From positions 4,069,888 to 4,133,887 of the forward strand of contig NC_092676.1 of NCBI RefSeq assembly GCF_964355755.1: 64,000 nucleotides of DNA, written 5' to 3'. Source of the stretch: Antedon mediterranea (lineage: Eukaryota; Animalia; Echinodermata). Every line of letters starts with the position of its first letter. Within the stretch, counting starts at the first letter, position 1. Below the pieces are notes generated by a model, which was not told the origin of the DNA, searched no databases, and worked only from the letters and a program-made list of their open reading frames with translations. A program made the position numbers and the translations under genes. This document shows positions 37,475 to 51,500 of the stretch, piece after piece.

Positions 37475-39523
37475 GAGTGTTGACAAAGTGCGAGGCAGCG
37501 AGGCACGCGAGGCAAGCCAAATATTTGTGCGAGGCATCATTTTATCATTTCCAAAAGTGCGAGGCAGGCGAGGCATATAGTTTACAATTTCAAAAAGGTG
37601 CGAGGCATATCTTAACGTGCTATTATTATGCTATATTATAGGCCTAATAATCAATCGATACAAGCGTATCTAAATAGATTCGTGTATACACTCATCATAT
37701 TGTTTATTTTTATGTAACGATTGTTTTTTCATTCAAGTCATATCGTGTCAAATTTTACTTTTACGAAAGTGCCCAAACTACGGTTAAAAAATCTGAACTT
37801 TCGATAAACAATAATTGTTATAGCGACACACTCATCAAATGACTGCAATGTTTGTTGGCATTTCGAGCGTGTTCACTCACATGTCTCTCGAACATAGCAG
37901 AGTGAAAATAATATTTTGTCACACCCCTGCGCCTAGATCCGGTAGACTCGAGAGATGGAAAATCCCTCTTTACTATTTAGCAGGTAGCGGAATGATTCAG
38001 CTCTCAGCTCAGAGGATTGTGGTGCATTTCCCTCCTATAGCACGTGGTTTCAGCAGCAACGCACAGACTTCTCTCTGAGCGGCGTGCCAAAGACATTTTT
38101 GACATTCCATTCTCTAGGAACAACACGTGTACCTCTCTCGCAAAGGTGAACAGCGATTGCCAGGACATGTTCAATAACTGGCGGTGAATAAAAGGTAACT
38201 GATATGCCGATCCAATAACAGCATGCCGCAAAGAAAAAAATTGCGACAGAATTCTGGAGCGCGTGTGAAAAAAGACTTACGTCCGACAATTGTAATACTA
38301 GGCCTAAAATTAAACTTTAGCTAATATGCTTAGCCCTAACCTAGATAAGAGGCCTATGTAGAAAATAATTTAATCAATTTTGATAAAATAATAATTGGTG
38401 TAATATTTAATAATGATACACTATTCCTGTTTTAGTAAGCTAGGTATATTACGAACGATTTTTATTTATTGTTGTCCATGTACGTACTAATAAACCTGGC
38501 GCTAGTTTCCTTCGCTTGTATTTTTACTCCAAATTTGATAACTAACTTTATCGTGTGAATACCACACCTTAGAAGTATACCTCATGAGTACTTTAATGAA
38601 AGAATCACATAAAAAGTAACAAATAAATCCTTAAATCAATGATTTGACAGGCGTGTTTCTCGCACACTGTTCGCGAATTTCACTTATTCAATGTTCAATA
38701 TTTTTGTTTCTATGGAGCGCCAAAAGAGCGACGATAATAGAGGACTAAAACTTAGTGGAATGCGTCAATTTCTCATGCATTTATTGGTGAAAAACACGTT
38801 TTATTTCAATATATTTGTTAATTTGTCAATAAAAATGTTGTAATATGTTACTGCTGATACTGTTCTGTTTTCAAAGAATAATAATCGATCCTAAATCAAC
38901 ATCACTACCTAGTCTAGACCTTGGACATCCTACTAAGGATATTATGATGAATTTTTCTATTTTATTCTTTAAAAGGTTAACGAAACCGTGTACATTATCA
39001 ACAGTAACATTTTTCCTTACTGACAGTGACAAAATCTATTGAAATTGTACTTGATTTTCACCAAATAATGCGTTAAATATAAATGGATTCCACAGAGTTT
39101 TTAGCCCTCTAATTAATTTTGCTCTTTTGGCGTTCCATAGAAACCAAAATATTGAACATTGAGTGTGCGAAATGTGAGAAAAACAACGTCTGTAAAATCA
39201 CCAATTTAATGGATTTATTGTTACTTTTATGTGATTTTTCTTCATTAAAGTAGGCCTACTAATTCTAAGCTGTGGTATTCAGGATAAAGCCTTGGTTAAA
39301 ATACAAGGCAGGTGCAAAAGGAAACTAGCCTAGCCTAGCGGGCCTAGGCCTAGGCTACTTCAATTTCGGTGATTTCCTGCCTTGCAATTTTGAGAAATGA
39401 TAAAATGATGCCTCGCATTTTTTGATGATGGTAAAACGATGCCTGCCTCGCATAAATTTCTGACTTGCCTCGCATGCCTTCCCTGCCTCGCGTGCCTCGC
39501 TGCCTCGCACTTTGTTACTACCC
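37475..39523. mobile_element. Non-autonomous MULE-like element in COMMD2 intron 1
   Basis: TIRs G(A/G)GT..T(G/A)ACAAAGTGCGAGGCAGCGAGGCACGCGAGGCA with GCGAGGCA subrepeats. 9-bp TSD ACTGAAATT at 37466-37474 and 39524-39532. Confidence 0.85.
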
Positions 39524-40377
39524 ACTGAAATTGTAAGTTTTAAATCACTGCCTCTTTAATGTCACTAAAAGTAACTTGAGTACTAAATAAAAGGTAAGCA
39601 TCAATCCCAGCCAGATACCATGCTTTTTTAAAACGAATTTACTTTTTCAGTGGTACAAAAGTTCTGCCAGATTGCTCTGGATTTTTATCAAGAATGGTTC
39701 AAATTCAAAACTGTACCAATCAGCTGCTCGTAAGTTGCCCTATCTACACTATCGAACTTTATTTTATGTAATGTGCCCATACTATATCACTACCATATTT
39801 GTCCACATCACACTTTGACAGTGTAGACAGAGCTTTATATAAATTCATGCATTTGATTAAAAGTGAAAATATTACTTTGTTTTATTACAGTACCTATTAT
39901 GTATTATACTTCAAATATCTAATGTGTTTGCCTGAATGATGATATAAAAAAAATGAAATAATCTTTACTACAGAAAAACTATCAGTTGATGCTCTCACAG
40001 TTCAGAATGGAGTTCAGGGACTTATGTATTTACTGACAGAAAGTTCTAAATTAATGGTAAGTGTGTTAAGAGGTACAGTATTGTACCCCTTGGTGCCCCT
40101 CCCCACTTTAAACTCTTATATCTATCATTGTCGTAGAGGAACCTGTAAATTGAACATTTTCTATGTTAAGAATTGAAAGCTAACTTTTATGGCCGACTTC
40201 TGTCGTAAACGACAATGTCAACTAGTCTTGCATTGATCTGAATGTCCAGTGCCCACCTTAACCAGAGGAGAGGCATAAGCCAATATGTCTGAGGCAGATA
40301 CTAGATGCAGGGGCTGCCATAAGAGTCGGCAGTGCTGATTTCAAATGCCTAATGAGTAATGGTACCCCAGCTCTATA

Positions 40378-40488
40378 TACAGCACCCGGTATTCCCAGAT
40401 GGTCTCCCATCCAAACTCTAACCGGGCCCAATGTTGCTTAACTTTGGTGATCTGACGAGAACCGGTGTTTCAACGTGGTAAGGCCGTA
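40378..40488 (-). pseudogene. 5S rRNA-derived sequence (pseudogene or head of a SINE3-type element)
   Basis: Minus strand TACGGCCTTACCACGTTGAAACACCGGTTCTCGTCAGATCACCAAAGTTAAGCAAC...GGATGGGAGACCATCTGGGAATACCGGGTGCTGTA is a recognisable metazoan 5S with substitutions. No oligo-T terminator follows. Confidence 0.85.
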
Positions 40489-41940
40489 TATCTATATAAG
40501 ATAACTTGCCTATTACCATATTAACTTGCATTTAAGCCCTTAAAAAAAATATCTCTTACTATAAAAAAAAGCAATAACATCAATGAGATTTGTCTACGCT
40601 ATCAAACTAGTTTGACCAAAAAGTGTGATGTGCCCAAATATGGAAGTCATATGACATCATCATGTCCATATATGGGCACATCACACTTTTTTGTCACATA
40701 AAGTTTAATAGTGTAGACAGAGCTTAAAAAATGGAAAGCTAAACAAACACTGACTTGCAGAAAACCATTGGCATAACCCATTTCATGTATGATCAAACTT
40801 ACGTAATTTATGCCATAATTAATGTCATGCATGCACACGTTGAGGATAAGAAATAATGCTTCCTTAAAAAACATTTAATTAATGTTAAATTGTCATCTAA
40901 TTATGTTGCTACAGTTGAATGCATGCTTTACAAATAAGTTTATATTTGTGAATAAAAATGTTCCATTCGTAACAGGTATCAGAAATCGACTTTCAAGACT
41001 CTATTCTAGTTCTGAAGAACTGAAAAAAGAATTGCTTCAGATGTACATGGAAAATCGGAAAGAAATCCGGGAAATCATGTCGGAAATGTCGATGGACTTT
41101 TCCCATTATCACGATTTGGAATGGAGATTGGATGTCGAGGTAGGTAATAAGAAAACAAAATGAAAATGTATTGTTTTTTTTCTGAATCTTTAGAATTAAA
41201 GAAATTGTATCGAGGTTCGAATATTTAACGAATTGTCTACATGATTAAAATACCAGTCGAGCGGTGTGATCACTCACCTACAGTAGTACTTAAATTTAAA
41301 TTTAGTAAACGACACCAAAATACAAACAGCACACCTACAGCACCCCTGAACGTATTAAGGAGTGCAATTTGTAGCACATCTACAATTTTCATACTGTAAG
41401 ACCAGGCCTGCACCTTACTCCACTTTATGTCTAATATCACAAACAGGCATATCCTCAGGTATAGTCTCAGTATTGACGTTTGGTCTGGATGTACTGTAGG
41501 CCTCTCTCTAGCCAGTTCAGATGAGTTTTTACAAAAAGAAATGCTTCATAATCAGTTTTTCCCTGAATTAGGGATTCCCTGGGTATAGTCCCCACCCCAA
41601 AGTGGGCCAAATTTCATTTTCTAGGGGATTGGGATTATATCATAGGATATACGGTAATTTTTATTAAATTAAAAACTCAAAACAAACTACATAAATATTT
41701 TTATTTAATAATGTTACTTAGAGGGAAGTTTTGATAACAAAACAATAATTGTAAAACATGATCCATATTGAAATTAAAAATGACATTTTGATATGGTCCC
41801 TTCATAACTTGTAATTGATATCAACAATGAAACAAGTCATGTAATATTAAGTGAGTCATATACAAATAGTTTGTTTACCTCGCATATCTTTCATACAAAA
41901 TACAAATACATACAAGGCTTTGATCTAGGAATAAACCTTA

Positions 41941-42120
41941 AGCTTTGTCTACACTATCAAACTATTTTGATAAAAAAAAGGTGTGATGTGCCCTAATATG
42001 GTACAGTAGTGATATGCCTAAATATAATTAGTGATACGACATCATCATGTCCATATACAGTACTGTATGGGCACATCACATTTTTTCTTTCACATAAAGT
42101 TTGATAGTGTAGACAGAGCT
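41941..42120. mobile_element. PIF/Harbinger-like MITE
   Basis: TIR AGCT(C/T)TGTCTACACTATCAAACT / AGTTTGATAGTGTAGACAGAGCT with TSD TTA. Further partial copies at ~39735-39836 and ~40590-40726. Confidence 0.75.
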
Positions 42121-42578
42121 TTAAAAAGAATCTATAAATAAATTATGAAAATGACACACACATTAACATACAAATTAATGTATAATAATAATGTATTCAT
42201 GTAAAACCCTTGGTCGATGATTCAGATTATTTTTTAATTAAACTCAAAAAATATCTTAACATCTTAGTGGTCACAAAAAAAGAAAGGTTGTTATTATACT
42301 GTAGTAACAATTTCATTTATATTGCCAATGCAGGGAATAATTGTGTTATACTACATACACTGATTATGACAACTGTATTTATATTGTACAGTATACAATA
42401 CTTATTCATTGTTTTTTTTATAATGTTAAAACTACAGTATGTTAATTGTGGATACTTTAATTAAATAAATAATTTTGAAAATCCATCATATCTACCTACA
42501 TTTTATTTATAATTATTGATTTTATTATATATCTTAATAATATGTCTTTGTGTTATTATTTTTACGTGCTTTATATAG

Positions 42579-45500
42579 GATATGAAATGTCTACATATAT
42601 CAGAAGATATGCTAAATACGTGAATCAGAAAGCGGTCTCCTACAGACAGGTCGCGTTTGATTTTTGTAGAGTGAAAAGAGGGTAAGTATAAAAATAATAA
42701 GACGGAAAAAAAAGTGGTGATTGTGACCATTCAATTTTCAGTGCAGTCAACTCTTTTAATACTGGGCTGTCCAAAAACTGCAAACTTTCCCAAAACCAGA
42801 CTTTTGTTGAAAGAACCCATTTTCTTTGTTACCATTAAAAGCAAATTTAGATTAGGCCTAATAATAATATTCTGGATTTATACAGTAGCGCCTAATGTTG
42901 TGAAACCTCTAAGCGCTGAAAGTTATTACCCCAGTCATTTTTTTTTTATCAAACGTGTATGGAAACATACTCCCATAATGCAGCTAGTAATCAGCGCAAA
43001 GTTGTGTTTTGATCCAACCGGTTTCCCATTTATACACCTTGGTGGAGAGAGGCAAACATAAGTATCTTGCTTAAGGATACAAGCAATGCGGCGAGAGTTG
43101 GATTCAAACTTCGATCTCGCGATCAGTATGAGAATGTCCAACACACTGCGTGACACGCCCTTGGAAACCTGACAAAATTAACTTGAAAACCATACATATT
43201 TGGTCAGCCTAAGGGTGTCCGGTATTGGGAGAGTTGACTGTACTACCATTTTCATTTTAACATGGCTCTGTTAGTGCTATCATATCTTCTGAAGGAAAAA
43301 TAAAATGCTGTGAATTTGTGTAGAAAATGAGTGATGAAATGGAATAGTTAATCAATGAGTGGATTGTAATGAAAGCAAATAGCAAGCTGAGCAGACACTT
43401 CATACGTATTCCTATCTTTAGACACAATGCGATGCTTATTTGTATGATATCTCAAGCTGTGAATAACTACGGTACTGCACAGTATCCTCTTCAGATTCCA
43501 CTGTTGCAGCCAGGTTTATTTCTGTTTAATTCTCAAGATTTCTACTTACCATTTTTGTTTATGTGTAGTTTTAAATTTAATGTTGTATTCAATTTTTATC
43601 ATATTTGTTTTTATAGAAAAGAAGATGGATTGTTGAGGTCCATGCATACAGAAAAGGTACATGACTTTATATTGTAGTATACCATAAGGGATCATATCAA
43701 CATTATGTTACTACGCGAGAAAGCTAAATCTAAAGCTACAGGTATTCCGCTGCAGTCCCTGGCAAAATTTGTTTACTGTATATCACTAATAAAATCAGTC
43801 TTTAAAAAATAAAAAAACTTTTCTGGTCATTGATGTAAATTGATAGCAAGCAATTAAACCTATTGAAATTAAGGTTCTGTTTCTGCTGCATAAAAATAAC
43901 CCGTTTAAAAACGGTGTGAATAAATTAACCCAAATTTCTTGGACAATTTTTTGGTAGCCGGTTAGATGGCAGCGCAAAATAACCGGTTAAAAACACCCAT
44001 TCAATTCGGTGTTAGGATACATTTAACTGGTTATCACTGCGCAATTTTGAGCTGCAACACAAAATAACAGTTATTTGATTGAAAGCTGCTTACCATGAGT
44101 CAACTATACTGCAGTAACGTTTGAATTAACTGCCAGGACCAATTGCATTTTGGGTAATTCTAATGATTTTTGTCAACGACCACCCACTGATTTAAACGGT
44201 TATTTTGCAGTAAAAATTTAGCAGAAATGCAGTCAATATAAAAATTACATTTTAAATAAACGGTTTATTTAGCGCTATGCAGCAGAATCAGACCTAAAAC
44301 CCCCTGGGATTATGCTAATGACAGGTGTTACTTTTTTGCAAACAGTGTTATTGAATTTACTAATTAAACATCGGCCTGCTACAAAATTACTAATCGGAAA
44401 ACACAGTGCTGTATCTCCATATGACATTTGACCAGTATCATAGAAAAATTCTGTAATACAGTGTCCCATGAGTATCACATGTGCTGCCTATATCGTGGAA
44501 GGTTAGGTTAAACACATGTGATGTTGTATCACAGGAGTTTCTTTGATACTGGTCAAATTGTAGATATAGCATAATCGGCTATCAGAAAATGTAATATTTA
44601 AATGATTATGTTTTCAATAGAATTGAAATGAAATAAATCGTAATAAAGTTACTCGGTAATTGAAATTCATTCTGGTTTACCTTAGCCTTAAATACGATAC
44701 TCAGATTTTTCTCACTAGGATGGTAATCCGTAACCTTAAGCCTTGCTAAAATAAGATTAATTTCACAGATTTATATGTTTGCTACGGCAATACACTACTG
44801 TATAATAAAACCATTGTAGACATTTATATAGAGGTCCATTAAATTTAGACATGGTTTTAGTATAGGTTTTGTCATTTAAATGCTGATTGGTCACTACAGG
44901 GTCATAGGTTAAGTGAATTGATGATAAAAAAAGAGTAACAGATTTTTTTTTGATTTTTTAGCTGTTGAAAACACTACCCATACTACAGGACCAGCTGGAC
45001 TGTCTACTGGAGTTTGAGGTCTGTTCAAATATAATTTATTGTAATTTTCTTTTCTAAATTTTACATTATAGATGTATTATCTCCCTAAACATGAAAAAAT
45101 AAAGATGAAAAAAATCAAACTATGAATAGGCCATTTTGTAGTTTTAATAAAGATATTCACTTTAAAAATGTACTGTCCTCCAAAATCATGACAAAATAAA
45201 GATTTATAAAATCAAACTTTTAATATGCCATTTGCTGTTTTAATGAAGTTATTCACTTCCATAGAAAAAAAATATTTCACTTTTTTTTTTTTCACTAAAT
45301 TAATTTTAACCAAAAACCATTGTATGACAGACAATTTAAGTACTTTTTGCTTTTAAATTACATTTGTTTCAGGTAAATAATTTTTTTTTCTGATCTAGTT
45401 TTTTGTCAAAGTGAATAACTGTTAGTGACATTAAAATGGCATATTCATCACATTTTTTTAATTTTTAAAATAGTTGTTTTAAGGGAAAATGCTGTATTTT

Positions 45501-48500
45501 TATTTAAAGCAAACACCCTTCTTTCAAGGCGATATTTCTGTAGATTAAGGTTTTATCAGAAATAGTTTTGATCCAATTTTGTGTCAAAGTAAAATAATAA
45601 TGTGATAATTATACAAGATACAAGATAACTTTATTGTTTTTCTCATGGCAACTTAATATAAAAATAGATAAAATCAGTATTAAAATGTTAAAACACAAAG
45701 TAAAATACACAGTACTGTAAAATATGTACAGATAACGGATAAATGCTATCAGGTGTTCCCAGGTGTTCGAAAATACAATTATTTGTGTTTGTCATTATTA
45801 CAGTATATTTAAATATGCATTGTGTTATGTAATAATGGCCTGTTTAATGCAACATGATGGTAGCTACAGTGGTAGCCACTTTTTTTGTTACTCACTTTAA
45901 GTCTGAAATACTGTAGACCTTAACAATTCCAAAGCCTTGCGTACTACATTAAAGTTGTATCCTAGCAACAGGATATTTATGCATTATCAGTACTAAAAGT
46001 GTCTAATGCTCGTTTATTCATAATAAGTAATTTATTAAGGTTACACAGAATGTTGTTGACATTTGTATGAATGCTGTATGTCGAAATAGAGAAACTGTAT
46101 AGCGTTTTGATTATTTTATTGCTTGTACTATATAACAATCTATATTGTGCCTAGCTTACCTGGATAAACCAAAAATTGCCCATGCCCTTCTCAAAAGAGA
46201 GCTATGATATGTATAGCGTTTTGATTATTTTACCACTTACTTTACTTACTTTATTTATTAGAATCGTAAAAGTAAATAACATATTAAAATTGAATAGGCC
46301 TATAGCAAATGGTAATTCATGGAAAGAAAAACAACAATCTATATTGTGCCTAGCTTACCTGGATAAACCAAAAATTGCCCATGCCCTTCTCAAAGGAGAA
46401 CCATGATATGTATAGCGTTTTGATTATTTTACCACTTACTTTACTTACTTTATTTATTGGAATCGTAAAAGTAAATAACAGATTGAAATTGAATAGACTT
46501 ATAGCGAAGGGTAATTATTAATTGAAAGAAAAACAACAATCTATATTGTGCCTAGCTTACCAGGATAAACCGAAAATTGCCCATGCCCTTCTCAATGGAG
46601 AGCTATGATCCATGAACATCCTTCTACAGTGCATTTTCATAATGATCATTGAAGATTTGAACCCAGTACTATAAGGCTGAAAGGCGAACATCTACACCAA
46701 GCATTTTGAATGCAAAAAGCAGAAGTACATCTGAGTGTACTGTAATTATTGGATCATAGTGCTTTTACAGAGTCATGTGTTCTGTTATGTCAGGGTTTTG
46801 CTTGAATGTTCGCTTTAAAAAAGTGGTTTGAGTAATTCACACTCTTTGTGTATGAACATTACAAACATATAATGGTTAAATGCATCTAGATACATTTTAA
46901 AATTAAAGATGTATTGTCCCTCAAAAACATGAAAATTAAAGAATAATTTAATCAGACTTTAAAGATGTATTGTCCCCCAAAAAATGAAAAATAAAGACGA
47001 AAAAAATCAAATTTTGAATAGACCGTTTTGTAGTTAACATAAAGTTATTCACTTCCACCGAAAAAAATATTGATTTCGCTTATAAAAAAATCAAAATAAG
47101 TTTACCATTTTTTCGAACTCATCGGCTCAGAAATTAGGCCGGTAGAGCTAACTCATACATATGCATGATATGTTAATGAGCATCCACACAGCAGAGATCT
47201 GATCTAACAATGGACGATGCACGTTGTATGGTACAACAACACCACCAGAGAAGATCGACGCGACTCGACTGTGGGTTTCCCTGGGATGGCTGATCGTATA
47301 AATATGTAAAGCTGAGCTGTTAATTTGTCGGTATGTAGGCCTAGACGGTTATTTTAAATATAATAATATATATAACGCAATAATAACAGGAAGGTAAATT
47401 AATTAACTTAGCCTGGGATTTTTTCAGTTCAGGGCTAGGCCTAGAATAATTAATACATGCTGCTGCATAACTAGGCTAGTAGCAAGCAGACTGTGACAAT
47501 CGGGTCCCTGCAGAAGATGCCCAGCTAGGCCCTATACATTGTACTCTTCATAGACTGTGTTTTAATTACCATAGAAGGTAGTATACTTATTTGACTATGT
47601 CAAAGTAAGCAATTTCACTAGCCCAATTTTGCAATAAATATGCATGATCTATTTTTTCCAGATTTTCATACTTTGCTTTTACTTTTTTTAAAGACGTTGA
47701 GCTGATGAAGACTGGACAGAGGTCACCCAAAGACAACAATGATAGACTCGGTATTGGAATATGATTGGATATTGCAGGAAAAATATTTCTGACTCTCCTG
47801 CTGCATTCGGCCAATATGTTCTTGTCCAGCTTGTAAAATATTGTATAATTTTTTTGTATTATATGTACAGTATATTATTTTGTAAACATAACATTCAATA
47901 AATAAAAAAAAACTACTACAACAGTACACAGGATAAATTCTTCAAATTTACTTACACTTCATAATTTTACTGTAAATATTACAGTGCAAAAGGAGTTAAT
48001 AAAATATATATATACAGTATATCTTATTGAATTCCTGTATTGTTTTTTGTGTCAATTTGTCTACTAATTATCAATGTGTTGATTGTGGCAGTAATTACGA
48101 CAGCTATAGTCTTCTAAGATCGCTCACATCCATTACAAAGTGTCATTTTAATAGTAAGAAACGTTTCAATAAATTGTGAATGTTGCCACTGTACGATACA
48201 TTTTATGTTTCTCACTACTTGCTCTTATTGTTCAATCAATCAACCTAAAAAAAAAAAGAAATTTGTGTCAAAATATCTGCATAAAATGTTTATTTGCGGA
48301 ATCTTAAAGACCCCTTCCCTGCAATTTTGGACGTTTTTTGGAAAATAATACATATATATCACTTTAAAAACATTAAACCATGTCATTCCTTGTCTTAAAT
48401 GTACGTTTTATGGTAAATTATGATAAAAAGTGAGAAACAATGCACTACCTAAGTAGCTCGCGGCGATCGACCTCTCGTGGACGGTCTTAGGCCTAGCCTC

Positions 48501-51500
48501 GCTAGGCTTAGTTTTGTAGGCCTAGCTGGTAAACATCGATAACGTACGAACATCGTACGCTAGCTATATACCTAGCCTGACGTTGTATAGTTGCTGCATT
48601 AATTGTCTTTCTATTTTTGCCAGACTCCGTTGATACAAATTGGGGAAAATCCGGTATTTTCGCTTAAAAGTTAGGAGTCTTCCATTTGTTTTGGCTTCAC
48701 GATCGATCGAAAAGTGGGCGAATTACAGGTAAAAACAAAAATATCAATCCGCGCGCAATGCATTTTGGGATTTATAGCGGGCCGCTATAATTATTAGAAT
48801 CGATTTATTTTTCACATTTTTAACCGTTTAAAGACGAAAAAAGTTATCGCAATAGGACCATATAGTATTATTTTTACATTAAATATAGTTTGTGATCTTA
48901 AATTAGATCTAAAAAACGTAGGGAATGGGGCTTTAATTTGAACCTATTGCATTTGATACAGAAAATATTTTTAAAATATTGCATCAGTAAAACATCCAAA
49001 ACAATATTTAGATTTTCTTTTTTTTTTAATTTTCACTGCCGAATAGATAGTTGAAATCTTTAAAAATTAAACCAATTCATCATGATTAAAACAAAAATAC
49101 ATCCCTTCTGGTGGTGGTCTACTGTAGCCCTAGCTAGCAGTGTACTGCCTAGGCCTACTACACTCTACTTCTAGAGACAGAAGTAGGCAGCAGTTAGGCT
49201 ACTCGAGACTGTCAGTGCTAGTAGTACTAGGCCTAGCCTAGTAGTAGTAGACTAGTAGTACAGTAGCAGCAAATTCGGGCCTAGGCCTAGCTAGGCCTCT
49301 CCTGTTAGCGAAACAAAAACTCACCTAAATGAATAAGATTCGACATCAAAGTTACCAACTGTAATTCTAACTTAGCATTCTGCTAGCTATAGTTTTCGTG
49401 TTTTCTTCAAGATTCGTCTCGCATCACTACTCGACTCTCTCGCACGCATGGCATTGCTATCGTTGTTGGCTGTGTTGATTTGGAAAGCGTCATCATCCAC
49501 ACGATGTATCCATACAATATGAATATTTATGAGCTAACTCAGGTCAAGGGTTAAATTAAACCGGAACACATTTGTCTTCCAGACAAATAGCTTCCGGTTG
49601 GTTAATTTTTGCATTAAATTGCGATTTTCCCGTGTAAAAAATTATTTTTTTCAATCCAAATTGAGGTCAAAGTGAATAACTTTTATGTGCAATTAAAATG
49701 GCCTATTCAACAAAAATATTGAAAAAAAATTTTTTTTCAGGGGGACAATACATCTTTAAATAAGTTGTTTTGTAGTTTTAATACATTTAATCACTTCCAT
49801 AGAAAAAAAAAATGTTTTCACCTATAAAATGACAAAATAAATGGTTAAATTCAACCAAAAACCCATTGGCTGGCAGTGGCAGCCAATTTGAATATTTTTG
49901 CTTTAAATTGCATTTTTTCAGGTAAATAATTTTTTTTTTTTTATCCAATTTTTGGTCAAAGTGGTTGACTATTATGTGACATCAAAATAGCATATTCAAC
50001 CAAAGAATAATTTTTTCAGGATAATATATGTAACGTTTTTATCATTTTTTTTGTTGCAGGTAAACTCATCTCAACTTTCGAATGGCGTTATTACCGGTTG
50101 TTTCATGCTACTTTTTAAAGACTGTATTCGATTGTTTGCTTGTTATAACGATGGCATCATTAATCTTCTAGGTAAGACAAACCGAAAGATGAAAATAACA
50201 GAATTTAAATCCTAAATGTCAACGCATTTTGTCTGTAAAACTTAAGAACATAACTATTATTCCGGTGAAATAGGTCTATTAATCTTACCTGGATTGATAA
50301 AAGAAAACATTAGTCTGAAATCCGAGAAAGAATTAACATATTTTTACATTTGTTTTGCAGAGAAATTTTTTGAAATGTGTAAAAAGGATTGTAAAGTTGC
50401 ATTGGACCTATATCAGAAATTTCTCATCAGAATGGACAAAGTTTCCGAATTTCTAAAAGTAGCAGAGGTAAATATTTTTTTTGTTTTTAAATTAATTTTT
50501 TTTTTTTCCAGAAAATTAAAATTATAATAAAGAATGCACTAAAGATTTAGATATATTATGCTTTTGGTACAATTTACTTTGTGTAAATGCTCACATTGCA
50601 TGGTAAATGAAATTCAGTTATAATAATTATTTGGTAGTTTGTAAGTTGAAAATGGAACATTCTCTAGTTGACCTCACCTTAAAGATGTATTATCCTGAAA
50701 AAATTAATTTAAAAAAATGTTTTTGTTGAATATGCCATTTTAATGTCACATATTAGTTATCCACTTTGACCAAAAATTGGATCACAACAAATATTATTTA
50801 CCTGAGAAAAACTGTAATTTAAAGCAAAAAATTGTGAAATTGGCTACCAGCCAATGGGTTTTTGGTTTATTTGATCATTTTATGAAGTGAAAACATAATT
50901 TTTTTCGTTTTTTTTTTTTTCGGAATTGATTCATTTCGTTACAACTACAAAATGGCCTATTCAAAATATGATTTTATTAATCTTTATTTTTTTATGTTTT
51001 TGGGGGATAAATACATCTTTAAACAATGTTTAATACTTTTAGATTTTTTTTTTTTGTAGCAAGTGGGAATAGATAAAGGAGAAATTCCAGACTTAGCAAA
51101 AGTAAGTACTTCTCACGGTGTTTATAATTTCAAGTTTGTTTTAAGTGTTTTGTGCATTTTTGGTCTTCATTCTGTTAAACTGTCATTTTAGTGTTTTCTC
51201 ATTTTTGGTTGTATTTTTCTTTTAACATTTTCCGTGCTAGAATTATCACTAATAAATTGTTAAAACAAAATGTCGAACAAATTTAAATTAAACAAACTAA
51301 CATTTAACAAAATATTCTGATACTAGCTAGTAAAATTGTAAATTAAACAATTGTGAGTGCTTTGTTTACATTCTGCTTTCCTTGTTATTACTCAAAAGTC
51401 TTAAATTGTGACCTTTGACCTGTCCAGGGTCCAATTAAATAGCCTTCGGTTGTGTCAACCAATCATTTACCTTCATTTGTAACCAGTAATAATTAGATAT

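Larger units (their letters stand above)
37191..41139 (+). pseudogene. COMMD2: COMMD2 copy with two frameshifts and no terminal exon
   Basis: Exons 37191-37257 (MLLMLEDEHKDHLSFL...), 39651-39729 (extra T in GATTTTTATC), 39974-40056 (KLSVDALTVQNGVQGLMYLLTESSKLM) and 40976-41139 (VSEIDFQDSILV / SEELKK...YHDLEWRLDVE; ~10 nt encoding LGF missing). No LASRSLR-type last exon seen. Confidence 0.85.

Noticed and set aside
37839-38289. Transposase or zinc-finger ORFs inside the MULE
   Set aside because: Short ORFs with only a vague H..C..C pattern, which cannot be assigned without a profile search.
40378-40488. Functional 5S rRNA gene
   Set aside because: Single intronic copy with substitutions, trimmed ends and no Pol III terminator.
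41139-42579. In-frame splice of COMMD2 exon 4 to PICALM
   Set aside because: The donor is phase 0 and the acceptor phase 1, and upstream frameshifts already stop translation. Only exon 1 is compatible.
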